Shown: piece after piece, positions 63,005-64,000 of the stretch
Layout: each line of letters starts with the position of its first letter
Numbering within the stretch: position 1 is the stretch's first letter
DNA from: Nitrospirota bacterium
GTDB taxonomy: Bacteria; Nitrospirota; Nitrospiria; 2-01-FULL-66-17
DNA: 64,000 nucleotides
Direction: 5' to 3'
Assembly (NCBI GenBank): GCA_049325335.1
Contig: JBMOMC010000001.1
Span: 64,001 to 128,000, forward strand
Notes under the pieces: model-generated
Seen by the model: the letters and a program-made list of their open reading frames with translations, nothing else
Database searches by the model: none
What the model was told of the DNA's origin: nothing
Program-made: the position numbers and the translations under genes

Positions 63005-63993
63005 AGTTCGAGGTCGAGGCGCGCGTGCGACGTCCGGGCGGATTCACGGTGGAGGCGTCCTTGCGCTGTGACGCCGACGCCATCGGCTTGGTCGGGCCAA
63101 GCGGCAGCGGGAAAACCACGCTCCTGGAAGCCGTGGCGGGCATCGAACCCGGCGCGCGCGTGGTGCTGGACGGCGTGGATTGCTCCTCGCTGCCGATCCA
63201 TCGACGCGACGTAGGATACGTCACGCAGGACGCCTTGCTGTTCCCCCACCTGAGCGTCAGGGACAACCTTTCCTACAGTCCGCGTGCCGTCGCGCTGGGC
63301 GACGTGCCGGCGGCACTGGGCATCGAGCGCCTGTTGGACCGGATGCCGCGGCATCTGAGCGGGGGCGAACGACGCCGCGTCGCGCTGGCGCGGGCGATTC
63401 TGAGCCGCCCCCGCATCCTGCTCCTCGACGAGCCGTTTGCCGGGCTGGACGAGCCCCGGCGCCGCGACGCGCTTTCACTGCTGAACGACGTGCGTGCGAG
63501 GTATCGGGTCCCGGTCATCCTGGTGAGCCACCTCGCGGACGAAGTGATCGGGCTCACGGATTGGGCGGTTCGCTTGGAAGACGGCCGCGTGGCGGCGATG
63601 GGCCCCAGCGCCTCGGTCCTGCGCTCGAGCGAGACGCGTATCGACAACTACTTCACCGGAACCGTGATCGGCCCGCACCATGTCTCGGTCGGCCCGTGGG
63701 AACTCTCCGTCCTCCTTCCGGAGTCCCTGACCGGAGATGTTCGCCTAGCCTGTTACGCGCACGATATCTTGTTGGCCGCCAAAATCCCCGACGGCATTTC
63801 GGCTCGGAATTGTTTTCCCGCCCGAGTCGCCACGATCCTCCCCGCGGGCTCGGCGGTGCTCGTCACCCTGGAGGCGCCCCCGCTGCGCGTGCTGGTCACG
63901 GACGAGGCGGTTACTTCCCTCAGCCTGAAACAAGGATCGCACGTGGTCGCTATCATCAAGGCCACGTCGATCGCGGTATTGGGCGCGCAATGA
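63001..63993 (+). CDS. modC: Molybdate ABC transporter ATPase with TOBE domain
   Basis: GPSGSGKTT, LFPHLSV, LSGGE..RVA, S.RN.F, IKA tail. Confidence 0.93.
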   Translation: MKFEVEARVRRPGGFTVEASLRCDADAIGLVGPSGSGKTTLLEAVAGIEPGARVVLDGVDCSSLPIHRRDVGYVTQDALLFPHLSVRDNLSYSPRAVALGDVPAALGIERLLDRMPRHLSGGERRRVALARAILSRPRILLLDEPFAGLDEPRRRDALSLLNDVRARYRVPVILVSHLADEVIGLTDWAVRLEDGRVAAMGPSASVLRSSETRIDNYFTGTVIGPHHVSVGPWELSVLLPESLTGDVRLACYAHDILLAAKIPDGISARNCFPARVATILPAGSAVLVTLEAPPLRVLVTDEAVTSLSLKQGSHVVAIIKATSIAVLGAQ

Positions 63994-64000
63994 CCGTCCG

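Noticed and set aside
1..64000. CRISPR array, rRNA, tRNA or prophage genes
   Set aside because: No regularly spaced repeat-spacer array and no recognisable structural RNA or phage gene found by eye.

Overview
High-GC bacterial chromosome window. The complex I gene set suggests Nitrospirota, but that is inference. Core content: the 3' part of comEC; an 'extra-NuoM' complex I cluster nuoA-B-C-D-G-I-J-K-L-M-M-N with no nuoE, nuoF or nuoH; trkAH; marC; an ArsS-type radical SAM plus CMD pair; rplI; proS-ispG-rseP-dxr-cdsA-uppS; sppA; a Zn/Mn ABC transporter; an RND pump; a CxxCH-bearing beta-barrel; and modABC. The 1.6-7.5 kb interval is a decaying accessory hotspot. It holds a 129-bp duplication of the M48 gene start, four pseudogenes (SRPBCC, YciI, an antitoxin and RelE) and an IS1182-like remnant. 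Most notably, it holds two copies of a 32-bp attI-like site, each followed by a single integron-type gene cassette. One cassette is a GIY-YIG nuclease with a complete attC; the other is a PsiE-like gene whose attC is cut by the IS remnant. No integron integrase is present in the window. A second candidate uncharacterised system is a double-USP / 3x PCP_red-like / rubredoxin-like protein next to a radical SAM-SPASM enzyme that also ends in a PCP_red-like domain. Intergenic DNA carries four copies of a ~126-bp MITE-like element and several GTAG-type REP palindromes, one nested inside a MITE copy. All calls come from reading motifs by eye; no database searches were run.
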